A stretch of DNA of 64,000 bases from Clostridia bacterium (lineage in GTDB: Bacteria; Bacillota; Clostridia; TANB77; CAG-508): positions 604-64,603 of the forward strand of contig JAAWMH010000009.1 of the NCBI GenBank assembly GCA_022798335.1, in the 5' to 3' direction. The notes below the pieces were generated by a model, which did not search any database, was not told the origin of the DNA, and worked only from the letters and a program-made list of their open reading frames with translations. Positions 22,549-32,115 of the stretch are shown one piece after another. Made by a program: the position numbers and the translations under genes. How positions within the stretch are numbered: the stretch's first letter is position 1; the number at the start of each line of letters is the position of its first letter.

Positions 22549-22722
22549 ATGAATAGTTGTGAAATAGTAAATCTTGTATCAATTTTATCATGTACAATAG
22601 CGCAAAATAGAACAACAGAAGAAATAGAGCTCTTATCAGTAATATTTACGCAATTAGGAGACAGTCTAGCAACAATTGCAACTGTTAGAACAACAAATAC
22701 TCAGAAAAAACAGAAATGTTAG
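22549..22722 (+). CDS. small DUF6774-like protein (57 aa, not in ORF track)
   Basis: RBS aaggag; MNSCEIVNLVSILSCTIAQNRTTEEIELLSVIFTQLGDSLATIA. Confidence 0.7.
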   Translation: MNSCEIVNLVSILSCTIAQNRTTEEIELLSVIFTQLGDSLATIATVRTTNTQKKQKC

Positions 22723-22831
22723 ATTTATTTTAGGAATTTTTTACTAAATAGTTGAATCATAAAAGGGACAATGTTATAATAAATCTACTTAAAATATTTT
22801 AAGAAAATAAAAAGTGAAAGGAGGAAAAAGC

Positions 22832-23233
22832 ATGGACAAAGAATTAAAAGAAATTTTACTAAAGCATGAAGAAAGAATTACAAAATTAGAAGAAATTGCA
22901 AGAGAAACCAAAGAACAACTAAAAATAACAAATAAAACGGTAACACAGCATACTAGTATACTAGAAAAACATGAGAAAACACTAAATGAACATACAAAAA
23001 TATTAGATGAACATACTCAAATGTTACAAAGTTTGCAAAAATCTGTAGCAATCATAGAAGATGCTGTTACTAATAAAATACCAGCATTATTTGATGGGTA
23101 TAAAATGCATCAAGAAGCACAAGAACGTTTAGAAAAAAGAGTAAATAAAGTAGAAAAAATAGCAGAAATGAACGCAATTAGAATTTTAGCATTAGAAGAT
23201 AAAAATAATCAAAAAGCGAAATTAACTTCATAA
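22832..23233 (+). CDS. coiled-coil hypothetical protein with heptad H-x6 repeats
   Basis: RBS aggagg; HTSILEK/HEKTLNE/HTKILDE/HTQML repeats. Confidence 0.7.
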   Translation: MDKELKEILLKHEERITKLEEIARETKEQLKITNKTVTQHTSILEKHEKTLNEHTKILDEHTQMLQSLQKSVAIIEDAVTNKIPALFDGYKMHQEAQERLEKRVNKVEKIAEMNAIRILALEDKNNQKAKLTS

Positions 23234-23376
23234 AAATAGCTAGTAAAGTAAAAAATTTAGAAATCTAATTTTTTGTTTCGGAAGTAAAAAAATATATTTC
23301 AAACAAATGGAGCTTACCTATGTATTCTAAAGCAGAATATATATGTAAGCTCCATTTCTTCATAAAAGCAAATTGA

Positions 23377-23405
23377 CACAAAATTATGTAGACCATCATA
23401 ACATA
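23377..23405 (+). promoter_or_regulatory. sigK-like sporulation promoter of the ABC operon
   Basis: CACA-16 bp-CATAacaTA matches the sigK consensus; an overlapping TTGACA at 23373 is an alternative reading. Confidence 0.45.
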
Positions 23406-23442
23406 TATTATGATAAATTTAAATAACTATCAGGAGGTACTT

Positions 23443-24013
23443 ATGAAAAAAGTATTAGAAGTAAAAAATGTAAGCAAAAGGTACCAAGCAAAAAATGGAG
23501 AAGTAGAAGCTTTAAAAGATATTAGCTTTCATGTAAATGAAGGCGAATTTGTAAGCATTATAGGACCAAGCGGTTGTGGAAAATCAACATTACTTTCTAT
23601 TATTGCAGGACTAGAGGCAAAAACACAAGGAGATATAAAATCAATAGGTGCACTTGGCTATATGCTACAAAAAGATAGCTTGTTAGAGTGGAGAAACATT
23701 TATGACAATGTGATGTTTGGATTAGAAATAAGTCATCAAAAAACAAAAGAAAATGAAAATTATGTAAAAGACTTATTAAAAAAATATGACTTATATGAAT
23801 TCAAAGACAAATATCCAAATCAACTTTCAGGAGGAATGAGGCAAAGGGCAGCACTTATTAGAACTCTTGCCATCAAGCCTAAAATTTTATTATTAGATGA
23901 GGCATTTTCAGCATTAGATTATCAAACTAGAATTATGGTTACAGCAGATATTTTTAAAATATTAAAAAACGAAAATATAACAGCACTAATAGTAACCCAT
24001 GATATATCAGAAG
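23443..24013 (+). CDS. ABC transporter ATP-binding protein (NitT/TauT, YtlC-like), 5' part, split by an integrated element
   Basis: GPSGCGKST, LSGGM, LLLDE, VTHDISE, then an abrupt switch to GSF*. Confidence 0.9.
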
Positions 24014-24052
24014 GAAGCTTCTAAAATAGAGACTATAAAAGACGAAAAAATG

Positions 24053-24081
24053 TTGAATTTTATGTAAATACATGATAGAAT
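24053..24081 (+). promoter_or_regulatory. sigma-A-like promoter for the cargo operon
   Basis: TTGAAT-17 bp-TAGAAT with extended TG. Confidence 0.5.
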
Positions 24082-24223
24082 GTGGGCGTAATAATATAAT
24101 TTACTGATGTTTCGTTGTTTTTTAATAAAAATCATTATGAACTATCAGTGTAATTATAAATTAAGAAAAAAGGAGGTTTTTATTTAGAGTTTTTCCTATA
24201 AATGAAAAAGGAGAAAGGCTATC

Positions 24224-25123
24224 ATGAAAAAAGAATGCACATTAATTGCAACCCTGCCATCTTTAAACAATATGCAAAGAGTACAAAATGTTTTTGAAAA
24301 CCCGCATATTTCAGAAGTACGGTTTAACACAGGAGTACAAACACCATATAGCATAGAAACCACCCTAGAAATGTTAAAAGAGCTATCTGAAAAATGGAAA
24401 AAAGTACTTTGGATAGATGTAAAAGGAAGGCAACTAAGAGTAACCAAATGGGCAGATCCACTGTATTCTTGCATAGAAATTAACCATAAAATAAAAGCAT
24501 CTTGTCCAGCAGAGGTTCACTTCCGAAATGGTGATGCAGTAAAAATTATGCACATTAAAGACGGAAATAAATTGTTTGTAGATCCTTTACCCAGACAAGC
24601 TTTAGGAGCAGGACAATCTGTAAATATTGTTGACCAAAGCCTTGAAATAGAAGGATATCTTACCTCAAAAGACAAGCAATATCTAAACGCTTGCAAACAA
24701 ATGGGACTAAATCATATCATGGCCTCTTTTGTAGAAAGATTTGATGACTTAGCACAGATCCTACAGATTTTACCCAATGCCCAAATCGTTTCAAAAATAG
24801 AATCGCTAAAAGGCATACAGTTTATTTTGACATACCCTGTGCCAAATTTAATGGCAGCAAGAGATGACTTGTACCTACAAACAGGGCAAAATTATCAAAT
24901 GCTAAAGCACTTGCAGACCATTATTCAAAGAGATAACACAGCCATTTGCGCATCTAAAATTTTTACTTCACTAGAAAAAAGAGGAACAATTGATTTAGCA
25001 GATTATGCAGACTTAGAACTCATGTATTATATGGGATATAGAAGGTTTATGCTATGTGATAACATATGCAATTATAGCTTTGAAAAAGCAATAAAAGCAT
25101 GGGAGGAATTCGTAAATGGATAG
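24224..25123 (+). CDS. divergent pyruvate-kinase-like barrel protein lacking the C domain
   Basis: IATLP, VRFN, IDVKGRQLR, SFVE, VSKIES..G, MAARDDL. Confidence 0.65.
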   Translation: MKKECTLIATLPSLNNMQRVQNVFENPHISEVRFNTGVQTPYSIETTLEMLKELSEKWKKVLWIDVKGRQLRVTKWADPLYSCIEINHKIKASCPAEVHFRNGDAVKIMHIKDGNKLFVDPLPRQALGAGQSVNIVDQSLEIEGYLTSKDKQYLNACKQMGLNHIMASFVERFDDLAQILQILPNAQIVSKIESLKGIQFILTYPVPNLMAARDDLYLQTGQNYQMLKHLQTIIQRDNTAICASKIFTSLEKRGTIDLADYADLELMYYMGYRRFMLCDNICNYSFEKAIKAWEEFVNG

Positions 25124-26573
25124 TTTCATTTTATGTGGTATGCAATTTGGAGATGAAGGGAAAGGAACTTTTGTAGATTATTTAGCATATGAAGAAAAAG
25201 TAGATGCCATTGTACGGTACAATGGAGGCTCGCAAGCAGCCCATACGGTTGTTACACCAGAAGGTACCCTCCACAAATTTAGCCAATTGGGCTCAGGTAT
25301 GTTTTTAGAAAAATGCCATACCTATTTAACACAAAACATGGTAATCAATTTAGAAAATTTACTTGTTGAATTAGAGGTATTTTCGCAAAAAAACAAAATT
25401 CCTATCCCAGAACTAATCCAAAGGATACATATTCATGAGGAATGCTTTGTCGTAACACCCTATCATAAACTTATCAATAAGTTAAGGGAATTGTCTAAGG
25501 GGGAAAATAGAAGAGGAAGCGTAGGAACAGGAGTAAGTGAAGTAAAATATTTACTAAATGAGCCAAAAGTATTTCCCTATGAACAACCGCTGGGGCTACA
25601 AGTAAAAGACATAATTGATCCATATAGCAATTACCCAATGATAGGCAAGCTAGAAAGACTGCAAGAGTATGTAAAAAAATTTTACGAAGAGCATGAAGAG
25701 GCTATTTGGCAAAATGTACCAGAAAAACTAAAAGAAGAGTTAAAAATGCAGTGCCAAGAATTACTAGGAATGCAAACAAGCTCAAGGCTAGCAATTTGGT
25801 ATGTTACACAACTAAAACAAGCCCCACAAGAAACCAATTTAGGTAGGTGCATCTATACTACCTATGAGCAAACCTTAAGAAAGACGTGCTCTAAGGCCAT
25901 TTATGAAGGATCACAGGGGCTCTTGCTAGATGCCACCTATGGGCTAAAGCCAAACACTACATTTTTAGATACCACAAATCATTTCGCGTTAGACATTTCC
26001 TACTATAGAGACAATATAAAAAAGGTAGGAATTGTAAAAGCCTTTACTTCAAGACACGGAATGGGTGTATTTCCTACAGAAAGCGAAGAGTTATCACAAA
26101 AAATAAGCGATGCCAACCAAGAGGAAACTTATTGGAATGGAAAAGTACGCTTTGGCTGGTTTGATGCAGTATTAGTTCGATATGCACAAACAATTAACCA
26201 AGTAGATGAACTCTACTTATCCTCGCTAGACAAATTAACAGGAATTGAAAATTTGCAAGTATGTAACGAATACCTTTATCAAGGCACTGTTAACGGAAAC
26301 TTTAGGAAACTATTTAACTATTATATAGAAAATGGGCAAATTGTTATTACAGGGATAAAAAGAAAGTCAGAAGAGCTAGGAAGTTATTTAGCAAACTGCA
26401 TTCCAAGGTATACTTTGGTAAAAGGTTGGAAAAAAGACATATCAAAAATTACCCAAAAAGAAAAACTACCTAAAAAGTGTATAGAATATCTCTCTTTATT
26501 AGAAACACTCACTCATTTACCGATAACCCTTATATCAGTAGGACCGACTAGAAATAACAAGATAACTATGTAG
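25116..26573 (+). CDS. adenylosuccinate-synthetase-like protein (divergent)
   Basis: GMQFGDEGKG, RYNGG.QA.H, GSVGTG, EGSQG.LLD, SRHG.G.FPTE, GWFD, ISVGP. Confidence 0.85.
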   Translation: MDSFILCGMQFGDEGKGTFVDYLAYEEKVDAIVRYNGGSQAAHTVVTPEGTLHKFSQLGSGMFLEKCHTYLTQNMVINLENLLVELEVFSQKNKIPIPELIQRIHIHEECFVVTPYHKLINKLRELSKGENRRGSVGTGVSEVKYLLNEPKVFPYEQPLGLQVKDIIDPYSNYPMIGKLERLQEYVKKFYEEHEEAIWQNVPEKLKEELKMQCQELLGMQTSSRLAIWYVTQLKQAPQETNLGRCIYTTYEQTLRKTCSKAIYEGSQGLLLDATYGLKPNTTFLDTTNHFALDISYYRDNIKKVGIVKAFTSRHGMGVFPTESEELSQKISDANQEETYWNGKVRFGWFDAVLVRYAQTINQVDELYLSSLDKLTGIENLQVCNEYLYQGTVNGNFRKLFNYYIENGQIVITGIKRKSEELGSYLANCIPRYTLVKGWKKDISKITQKEKLPKKCIEYLSLLETLTHLPITLISVGPTRNNKITM

Positions 26574-26584
26574 GAGGTAAAAAA

Positions 26585-27184
26585 GTGAATTTAAGAGAAG
26601 AAATTGCAAAACAAAGGGAAAAACTGCAATCAGGAGAAAAAGTAAACTTTGTTATTGCAGGTGTTACCTGCTCAGGAAAAACCACTTTAGCTAGAAAGTT
26701 AAATAGCTTTTTTAAAAACATAGCATCTGTTTGTATAGTTTCACAAGACGACTATTTTAGAGATCTTGCAGACATTCCAAAAACAGCAGAAGGCTATTTA
26801 ACAGATTCAATTAACGCTTTTCACACCTCAGAATTTAAAGAAGATGTAGAAAAACTATTTGCAAACGAAATGGTTCTTATGCCAAGGTATGATATAGCCA
26901 CAAACACACGGATTTCAAAATCCAAATTAGTAAACTTAGGGGCAGTCAATATCTTTGAAGGCTTGCATACCATTACACTTTTAGAAGGGTTAGAAAACAG
27001 CATAAAAATTTTTGTAGACACGCCAGCAGAGGTATGTTTGCAAAGAAGAATAGAGCGAGACACTGCAAAATTTGGAATACCAGAAGAAAGAATAAGACAG
27101 TATTGGGAAAAATGCATATGGCCCATGTCCAAAAGCTATATACTCCCACAAAAAGAACTAGCAGATAGTATTTTTAAAGCATAA
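26585..27184 (+). CDS. uridine-kinase-like P-loop kinase
   Basis: AGVTCSGKTT, SQDDYF, P.YD, FEGL, RRIERD. Confidence 0.8.
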   Translation: MNLREEIAKQREKLQSGEKVNFVIAGVTCSGKTTLARKLNSFFKNIASVCIVSQDDYFRDLADIPKTAEGYLTDSINAFHTSEFKEDVEKLFANEMVLMPRYDIATNTRISKSKLVNLGAVNIFEGLHTITLLEGLENSIKIFVDTPAEVCLQRRIERDTAKFGIPEERIRQYWEKCIWPMSKSYILPQKELADSIFKA

Positions 27185-27198
27185 AGGGGTAAAAAGTT

Positions 27199-28242
27199 AT
27201 GACAATAAAACAAACTTACGAAAAACTACTTAAAGCCAAAAGACCAATTGACTTTTTTGGAAAAGTAGCTACAGCAGAGGAACTAAAAAAGGCCTATCGG
27301 CAATATGCAAAAAAACTTCATCCTGATCTTGCACCAGAAGCAGAAAAGTATATTGCACAGCAAGCATTCTCTATTTTAAGAGAACTGTATGATGCAGGAA
27401 ATTCTGAGCTAGAACAAGGGATTTATGCCATTTTTGATCTTGCCCAAATCTATAAGCAAACAGAGCCCTTATTTGAAATTACCATTAGAGGAGAAAAATA
27501 TAGCTTTTATGAAAATGTAGTAGAGGGAGAAGTAGGAACTATTTTTAAAGGCATTTCAGGCAATGACATTATATACTTAAAAGTAGCAATTGATCCAGCC
27601 GATAATAGCCTATTAGATACAGAATATGAAGTACTTTCAACCTTAAGGCATCAATCATTTCCTTATGTCGAGCAAAAAATCATGATAAATGATACAAATG
27701 CTATTTTAATGAGAGAGGTAAAAGGAATTACCATGCCAGAGCTAATGGGGCAGTATTCAAGAGGAGTACCTGCAGAGCATGTAATGTGGATGCTAGAAAG
27801 GCTTTTAAGTGCAGTAGGATATTTGCACTCTAATTGTGTGGTACATGGAAATATCAAACCAGAAAATATCATGATTAACAAAGAAAACCATAATGTATCT
27901 TTGTTAGGATTTTCATTTTGTATTCCAAAAGCTAACACAAAAGAAGCCCACTATCAAATTGTAAATGACCAGTATACCGCACCAGAAGTGTGCAAAACAG
28001 CAAGGGTTTTACCATCTTCGGATGTTTATTCTATAGGTAAGATAGGAGTAGAACTTTTAGGAGGTGATACTGCTAGTTGCGGAATGCCAATTTCTGTAGA
28101 TGCTAAGGTCAGAGCATTTATTAGAAAGATGGCAAGTAGTTCTCTATCCGAAAGGCCAAATGACGCATGGAAACTCTGGAGTGAGCTAATTGAGCTCAGA
28201 ACCGAAGTTTTCGGAACCAAACGATTTCAAAAATTAGCTTAA
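27199..28242 (+). CDS. J-domain / Ser-Thr kinase fusion
   Basis: LKKAYRQYAKKLHPD; VHGNIKPENIM, LLGFS, YTAPE, SDVYSIG. Confidence 0.85.
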   Translation: MTIKQTYEKLLKAKRPIDFFGKVATAEELKKAYRQYAKKLHPDLAPEAEKYIAQQAFSILRELYDAGNSELEQGIYAIFDLAQIYKQTEPLFEITIRGEKYSFYENVVEGEVGTIFKGISGNDIIYLKVAIDPADNSLLDTEYEVLSTLRHQSFPYVEQKIMINDTNAILMREVKGITMPELMGQYSRGVPAEHVMWMLERLLSAVGYLHSNCVVHGNIKPENIMINKENHNVSLLGFSFCIPKANTKEAHYQIVNDQYTAPEVCKTARVLPSSDVYSIGKIGVELLGGDTASCGMPISVDAKVRAFIRKMASSSLSERPNDAWKLWSELIELRTEVFGTKRFQKLA

Positions 28243-28255
28243 GGAGGAAATTAGT

Positions 28256-29215
28256 ATGGGTGGTCCTACTTACGACAGAGACGTATATGGCAGCAGTTCC
28301 AGTTCCGGTTGGGGTAGCAGCTTTGGAGCAAGTTCCTATTCTGCTGAAAAGATGAGTAGTTCTTTGCTTCATAGCTCCATGCTTCCAAATGGAAAAACCA
28401 TCGAAAGCAAAACCAAAAATCCCATTATTATTATGCTTGATGTAACTGGCTCTAACATTGACTTTGCCAGAGTAGTTTATGACAAAATGCCCATGTTTTA
28501 TGGGCAAATCGAGCAAAAGGGCTATTTAGAAGACTTTGACATTGCATTTTGCGCAGTAGGAGATGCCTATAGCGATAAGTATCCATTGCAGATAGGAGAT
28601 TTTGCCAAAGGAATTGAGTTAGACTCTTGGCTCGAAAAAATTGTCTTAGAAGGCAATGGTGGAGGGCAAAGAAGGGAAAGCTATGAGCTAGCAGCATATT
28701 ATTTGTGCTGTAATGCAAAGTTTGCACCAGGAAGCAATCCCATTGTGTTCTTTATTGGAGACGAAATGCCCTATGCAAAAGTTTCAGAGCATCAGGCAGA
28801 AAAGTTTGATCTGCCAAAGCCAGAAGGAGGATATCAGCCCTTTAGGCAGTTACGGGAAAAAGTAAATGACAATGTATTTATGCTCTTAAACAAGTATAAT
28901 GGAAGACAGTTTGAAGACGATATCACAAGTTGTTGGACAAAGCTTCTGGTGCCAGAACATGTTGTCAGAATTAGCGAAGAAAAAGCAATTGTTGACTTGA
29001 TGCTTGGCATTATCTCTATGGTATCCAATACTAGAAGCTTAGATACCTACAAAATTGATATGCTAGATAGAGGGCAGACACAAAAAAGAATTGAGGGAGT
29101 TACTAATTCCTTAAAGAATTTGTCAACAGCCCTAGTTCCTGTAAAAGTTACAGGAACCATTGCAAAAGCAGGAAGTAGCAATAGAAAAGCAACCCAGAAG
29201 GGAAAAAGACTCTAA
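28256..29215 (+). CDS. vWA domain protein
   Basis: MLDVTGS MIDAS-like motif, VGDA, EGNGGG..ESY, FIGDE; Ser/Gly-rich N-terminus. Confidence 0.8.
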   Translation: MGGPTYDRDVYGSSSSSGWGSSFGASSYSAEKMSSSLLHSSMLPNGKTIESKTKNPIIIMLDVTGSNIDFARVVYDKMPMFYGQIEQKGYLEDFDIAFCAVGDAYSDKYPLQIGDFAKGIELDSWLEKIVLEGNGGGQRRESYELAAYYLCCNAKFAPGSNPIVFFIGDEMPYAKVSEHQAEKFDLPKPEGGYQPFRQLREKVNDNVFMLLNKYNGRQFEDDITSCWTKLLVPEHVVRISEEKAIVDLMLGIISMVSNTRSLDTYKIDMLDRGQTQKRIEGVTNSLKNLSTALVPVKVTGTIAKAGSSNRKATQKGKRL

Positions 29216-29273
29216 AAAACCATTTTAATTTATAATTATAAAAGGAAACCTATTTATAAGGTAGCCTAAAGAC

Positions 29274-29308
29274 AAAATTCCTAGCAGAGAAATCTGCTAG
29301 GAATTTTT
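29274..29308 (+). terminator. intrinsic terminator of the cargo operon
   Basis: aaaattcctagcaga-gaaa-tctgctaggaattttt. Confidence 0.8.
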
Positions 29309-29360
29309 ATATGCAATTAAGAATATAAATGAAATGAGAATCATAAAAGGAGAAAAGGTA

Positions 29361-29507
29361 ATGCAACAATCATTTCAAATACGTATGAAATTTAACGAAG
29401 AAGGAGAAGAGCTAGAGGAATTAATTGCAAAATTTTTAATGAACAACCTTTATCAAACAGATAAGGAGGAAAAAAGTGCAAAAATATCAAGTAGCAATTT
29501 ACATTAG
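29361..29507 (+). CDS. 48 aa ORF upstream of the recombinase (candidate directionality factor)
   Basis: RBS aaggag; MQQSFQIRMKFNEEGEELEELIAKFL...; overlaps the recombinase start. Confidence 0.45.
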   Translation: MQQSFQIRMKFNEEGEELEELIAKFLMNNLYQTDKEEKSAKISSSNLH

Positions 29508-30975
29508 ACTATCCAAAGAAGATATCGATAAAGGCTACGAAGAAAGCGAAAGTATCAAAAATCAAAGGGACTTATTAACACAATATGTACAAAATTTAGG
29601 AGAAGAATATCAATTAGTAGATATTTATATAGACCAAGGTTATACAGGAACCAATTTTAATAGACCAAGCTTCCAAAAAATGATACAAGATATTCGTATA
29701 GAAAAAATAAATATGGTCATTACAAAAGATCTATCACGATTAGGACGTGATTATATAGAAACAGGAGAATACATAGAAAAGTGGTTTCCAGAAAATAATG
29801 TAAGGTACATTTCAGTAACAGACGGAATAGATACCTTTGAAAAAACAAATGGAAATAATGACATAGCACCCTTTAAATCCATATTAAACGACATGTATTC
29901 AAAAGACCTATCCAAAAAAATTAGAACAGCTCTGCATACTATGCAAAAACAAGGAAAATGGGTAGGAGGAAAAACACCAATAGGATACACAAAAGATCCC
30001 AATGATAAAAATAAATTAATCATACATGAGAAAGAAGCAAAAATAGTAAAAACTATTTTTAATATGGTAATAGCAGGAGAAAAAATAGGAACCATAAAAA
30101 ACTACTTAAACGAAAATAACATACCAACCATAAATCAATCAAGGTATCATAAAGCCTCGTTTTGGGAAAACAAAACAATAAAAAACATTTTACAAAATAA
30201 AGTGTATATTGGAATAACACAGCAAAATAAACGAAGTAGAATTAGCTATAAAAATAGAAAATTAAAACAAAATCCAAAAGAAGAATGGAATATAGTAGAA
30301 AACACGCATACCCCTATCATCGATAAACAAGACTTCGAAAAAGTACAAAAAATGGTAGTAGTACAAAATTATAGCAGAAATAAAAAGAAAAATTTATATT
30401 TATTAGATGGACTATTAGTATGCTATGAATGCAAACACAAAATAGGAATTAGAAACAAAAAAAATAATTATATGGTATGCAATCATTATCGTAGAAACTC
30501 TAAACTAAAGCTATGTACCTCACACGGGTTTAGCTATGAACAATTAGAAAAACAAATATTAGAATGCATTAGAAACTTATTTTTAAAAGTAGAAAAAGAA
30601 AAAATAGAATTTGTCATTCAAAATAGTAAAATAAAACAAAATAATGAAAAACTACAAAAGAAATTAAAACAAGAAATAGAACTCATAAAAAATAATATAG
30701 ACCAAATCTATATAGAAAAGTTAAACCACAAAATAGACGAAGAAATGTATCAAAGGCTACTAAAAAAAATGCAGCAAGAAATAAAACAAAAAGAAGAACA
30801 ATCTAGTAAATTAAAAATAGCACAAAATCATTTAAAACAAAATAGCTATAATGAAATATTAGAAGAAATTTTAACTTTAAAACATCCCACACCAGAAATG
30901 ATGAAAGCCGTCATCCATAAAATAGAAATCCATCAAGATAAGCAAGTAGACCTTATCTTTCATTTTAAAAAATAA
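29476..30975 (+). CDS. large serine recombinase
   Basis: YIRLS, D.GYTGTNFNRP, KDLSRLGRD, recombinase domain, Zn ribbon, coiled coil. Confidence 0.93.
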   Translation: MQKYQVAIYIRLSKEDIDKGYEESESIKNQRDLLTQYVQNLGEEYQLVDIYIDQGYTGTNFNRPSFQKMIQDIRIEKINMVITKDLSRLGRDYIETGEYIEKWFPENNVRYISVTDGIDTFEKTNGNNDIAPFKSILNDMYSKDLSKKIRTALHTMQKQGKWVGGKTPIGYTKDPNDKNKLIIHEKEAKIVKTIFNMVIAGEKIGTIKNYLNENNIPTINQSRYHKASFWENKTIKNILQNKVYIGITQQNKRSRISYKNRKLKQNPKEEWNIVENTHTPIIDKQDFEKVQKMVVVQNYSRNKKKNLYLLDGLLVCYECKHKIGIRNKKNNYMVCNHYRRNSKLKLCTSHGFSYEQLEKQILECIRNLFLKVEKEKIEFVIQNSKIKQNNEKLQKKLKQEIELIKNNIDQIYIEKLNHKIDEEMYQRLLKKMQQEIKQKEEQSSKLKIAQNHLKQNSYNEILEEILTLKHPTPEMMKAVIHKIEIHQDKQVDLIFHFKK

Positions 30976-30999
30976 AACCATCTCATTTAGCTTAAACCA

Positions 31000-31176
31000 G
31001 AAGCGATTAGTATGTCAGACAGAGTAGTAGTACTAACAAAAAGACCAGCAACCGTGAAAAATATACATGAAATTAATTTCGAAATGGAAAATAGAACACC
31101 AATCAATTGCAGAGAAAGCCCAAAATTTAGCAAATACTTTGACACCATATGGAAGGAGCTAGATGTACATGCGTGA
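31000..31176 (+). CDS. ABC ATP-binding protein, 3' part (57 aa) beyond the element
   Basis: EAISMSDRVVVLTKRPATVK...FDTIWKELDVHA*; no start codon of its own upstream; joined protein 247 aa. Confidence 0.88.
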   Translation, partial: EAISMSDRVVVLTKRPATVKNIHEINFEMENRTPINCRESPKFSKYFDTIWKELDVHA

Positions 31177-31984
31177 GAAAAACATATCAGAAGATAGAAA
31201 AAAATACTTAAGAAAAATAAGAAAAAACAAGATATCTGTTATTTTAACCCAAATAGCAATACTTCTTGTATTTATTATAGGATGGGAAGTATTAGCAAGA
31301 CAAGGAATTATTGATAGTTTTATAACAAGTAGTCCTTCAAGAATAATAAACACATTTTTAAATTTATCATCAAATGACCTAATGCACCACTTAAGCGTAA
31401 CGTTAGCAGAAACCCTAATAGGCTTTATATCAGGTGTTATATTAGGAATCATCATTGCCATATTATTATGGTGGTCTAATTTTTTGGCAAAAGTATCAGA
31501 ACCATTTTTAGTAGTATTAAATAGTCTTCCAAAAGTAGCACTTCGGGCCAGTTATTATCATTTGGGTAGGCGCAGGAATGCGGAGCCATTATTACAATGG
31601 GCCTTGCCATTTCCTTAATTGTTACCGTATTAGAAATCTTAAATGGATTTTTAAATACAGATAAAGAATTAATCAAAATGGCAAAAACTTTTAATGCAAA
31701 TAAATTACAAGTCTTAATCAAAATTGTAATACCAGCCAATATCAATACTTTTTTTAATTCCTTAAAAGTAAATATAGGCTTATCACTAGTAGGAGTCATT
31801 ACAGGAGAATTTTTAGTATCAAAAGCAGGTCTTCGGATACTTAATCGTATATGGTGGGCAGGTATTTCAATTAGACTTAGTAATGACAGGAGTCATTATT
31901 TTAGCTCTAGTTGCAGCAGTCATCTATGAAGCTATTATACTACTAGAAAAGATTGTCATGAAAAAAATGGCAAAAAGAAACTAA
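31169..31984 (+). CDS. ABC permease (NitT/TauT, YtlD-like), ~270 aa via three +1 shifts (31544, 31581, 31834)
   Basis: PKVAL-G-PVIIIWVGAGM-G-AII...GEFLVSKAGL-G-YLIVYGGQVFQLD. Confidence 0.88.
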
Positions 31985-32115
31985 TATACAAGAAAAATAA
32001 CAGATAAAAAATCTATTTAAGGGAGAAAAGTATCTTGAATAGAAAGAAAAAAATAGCATGTTAGAATACTTGAAATCTCCTCTAACATGAATTTAGAAAA
32101 GAAAGGAAATAAATC

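Larger units (their letters stand above)
24008..31003. mobile_element. ~7 kb serine-recombinase integrative element inserted in the ABC ATPase gene
   Basis: CAGAAG direct repeat at 24008-24013 and 30998-31003; joining restores HDISE|AISMSDRVVVL; large serine recombinase at the right end; cargo visibly richer in G/C. Confidence 0.9.

Noticed and set aside
25116..26573. PurZ (diaminopurine, Z-genome) synthesis gene
   Set aside because: It retains the catalytic Asp motif GDEGKG rather than the Ser variant, and there is no DatZ, MazZ or polymerase nearby
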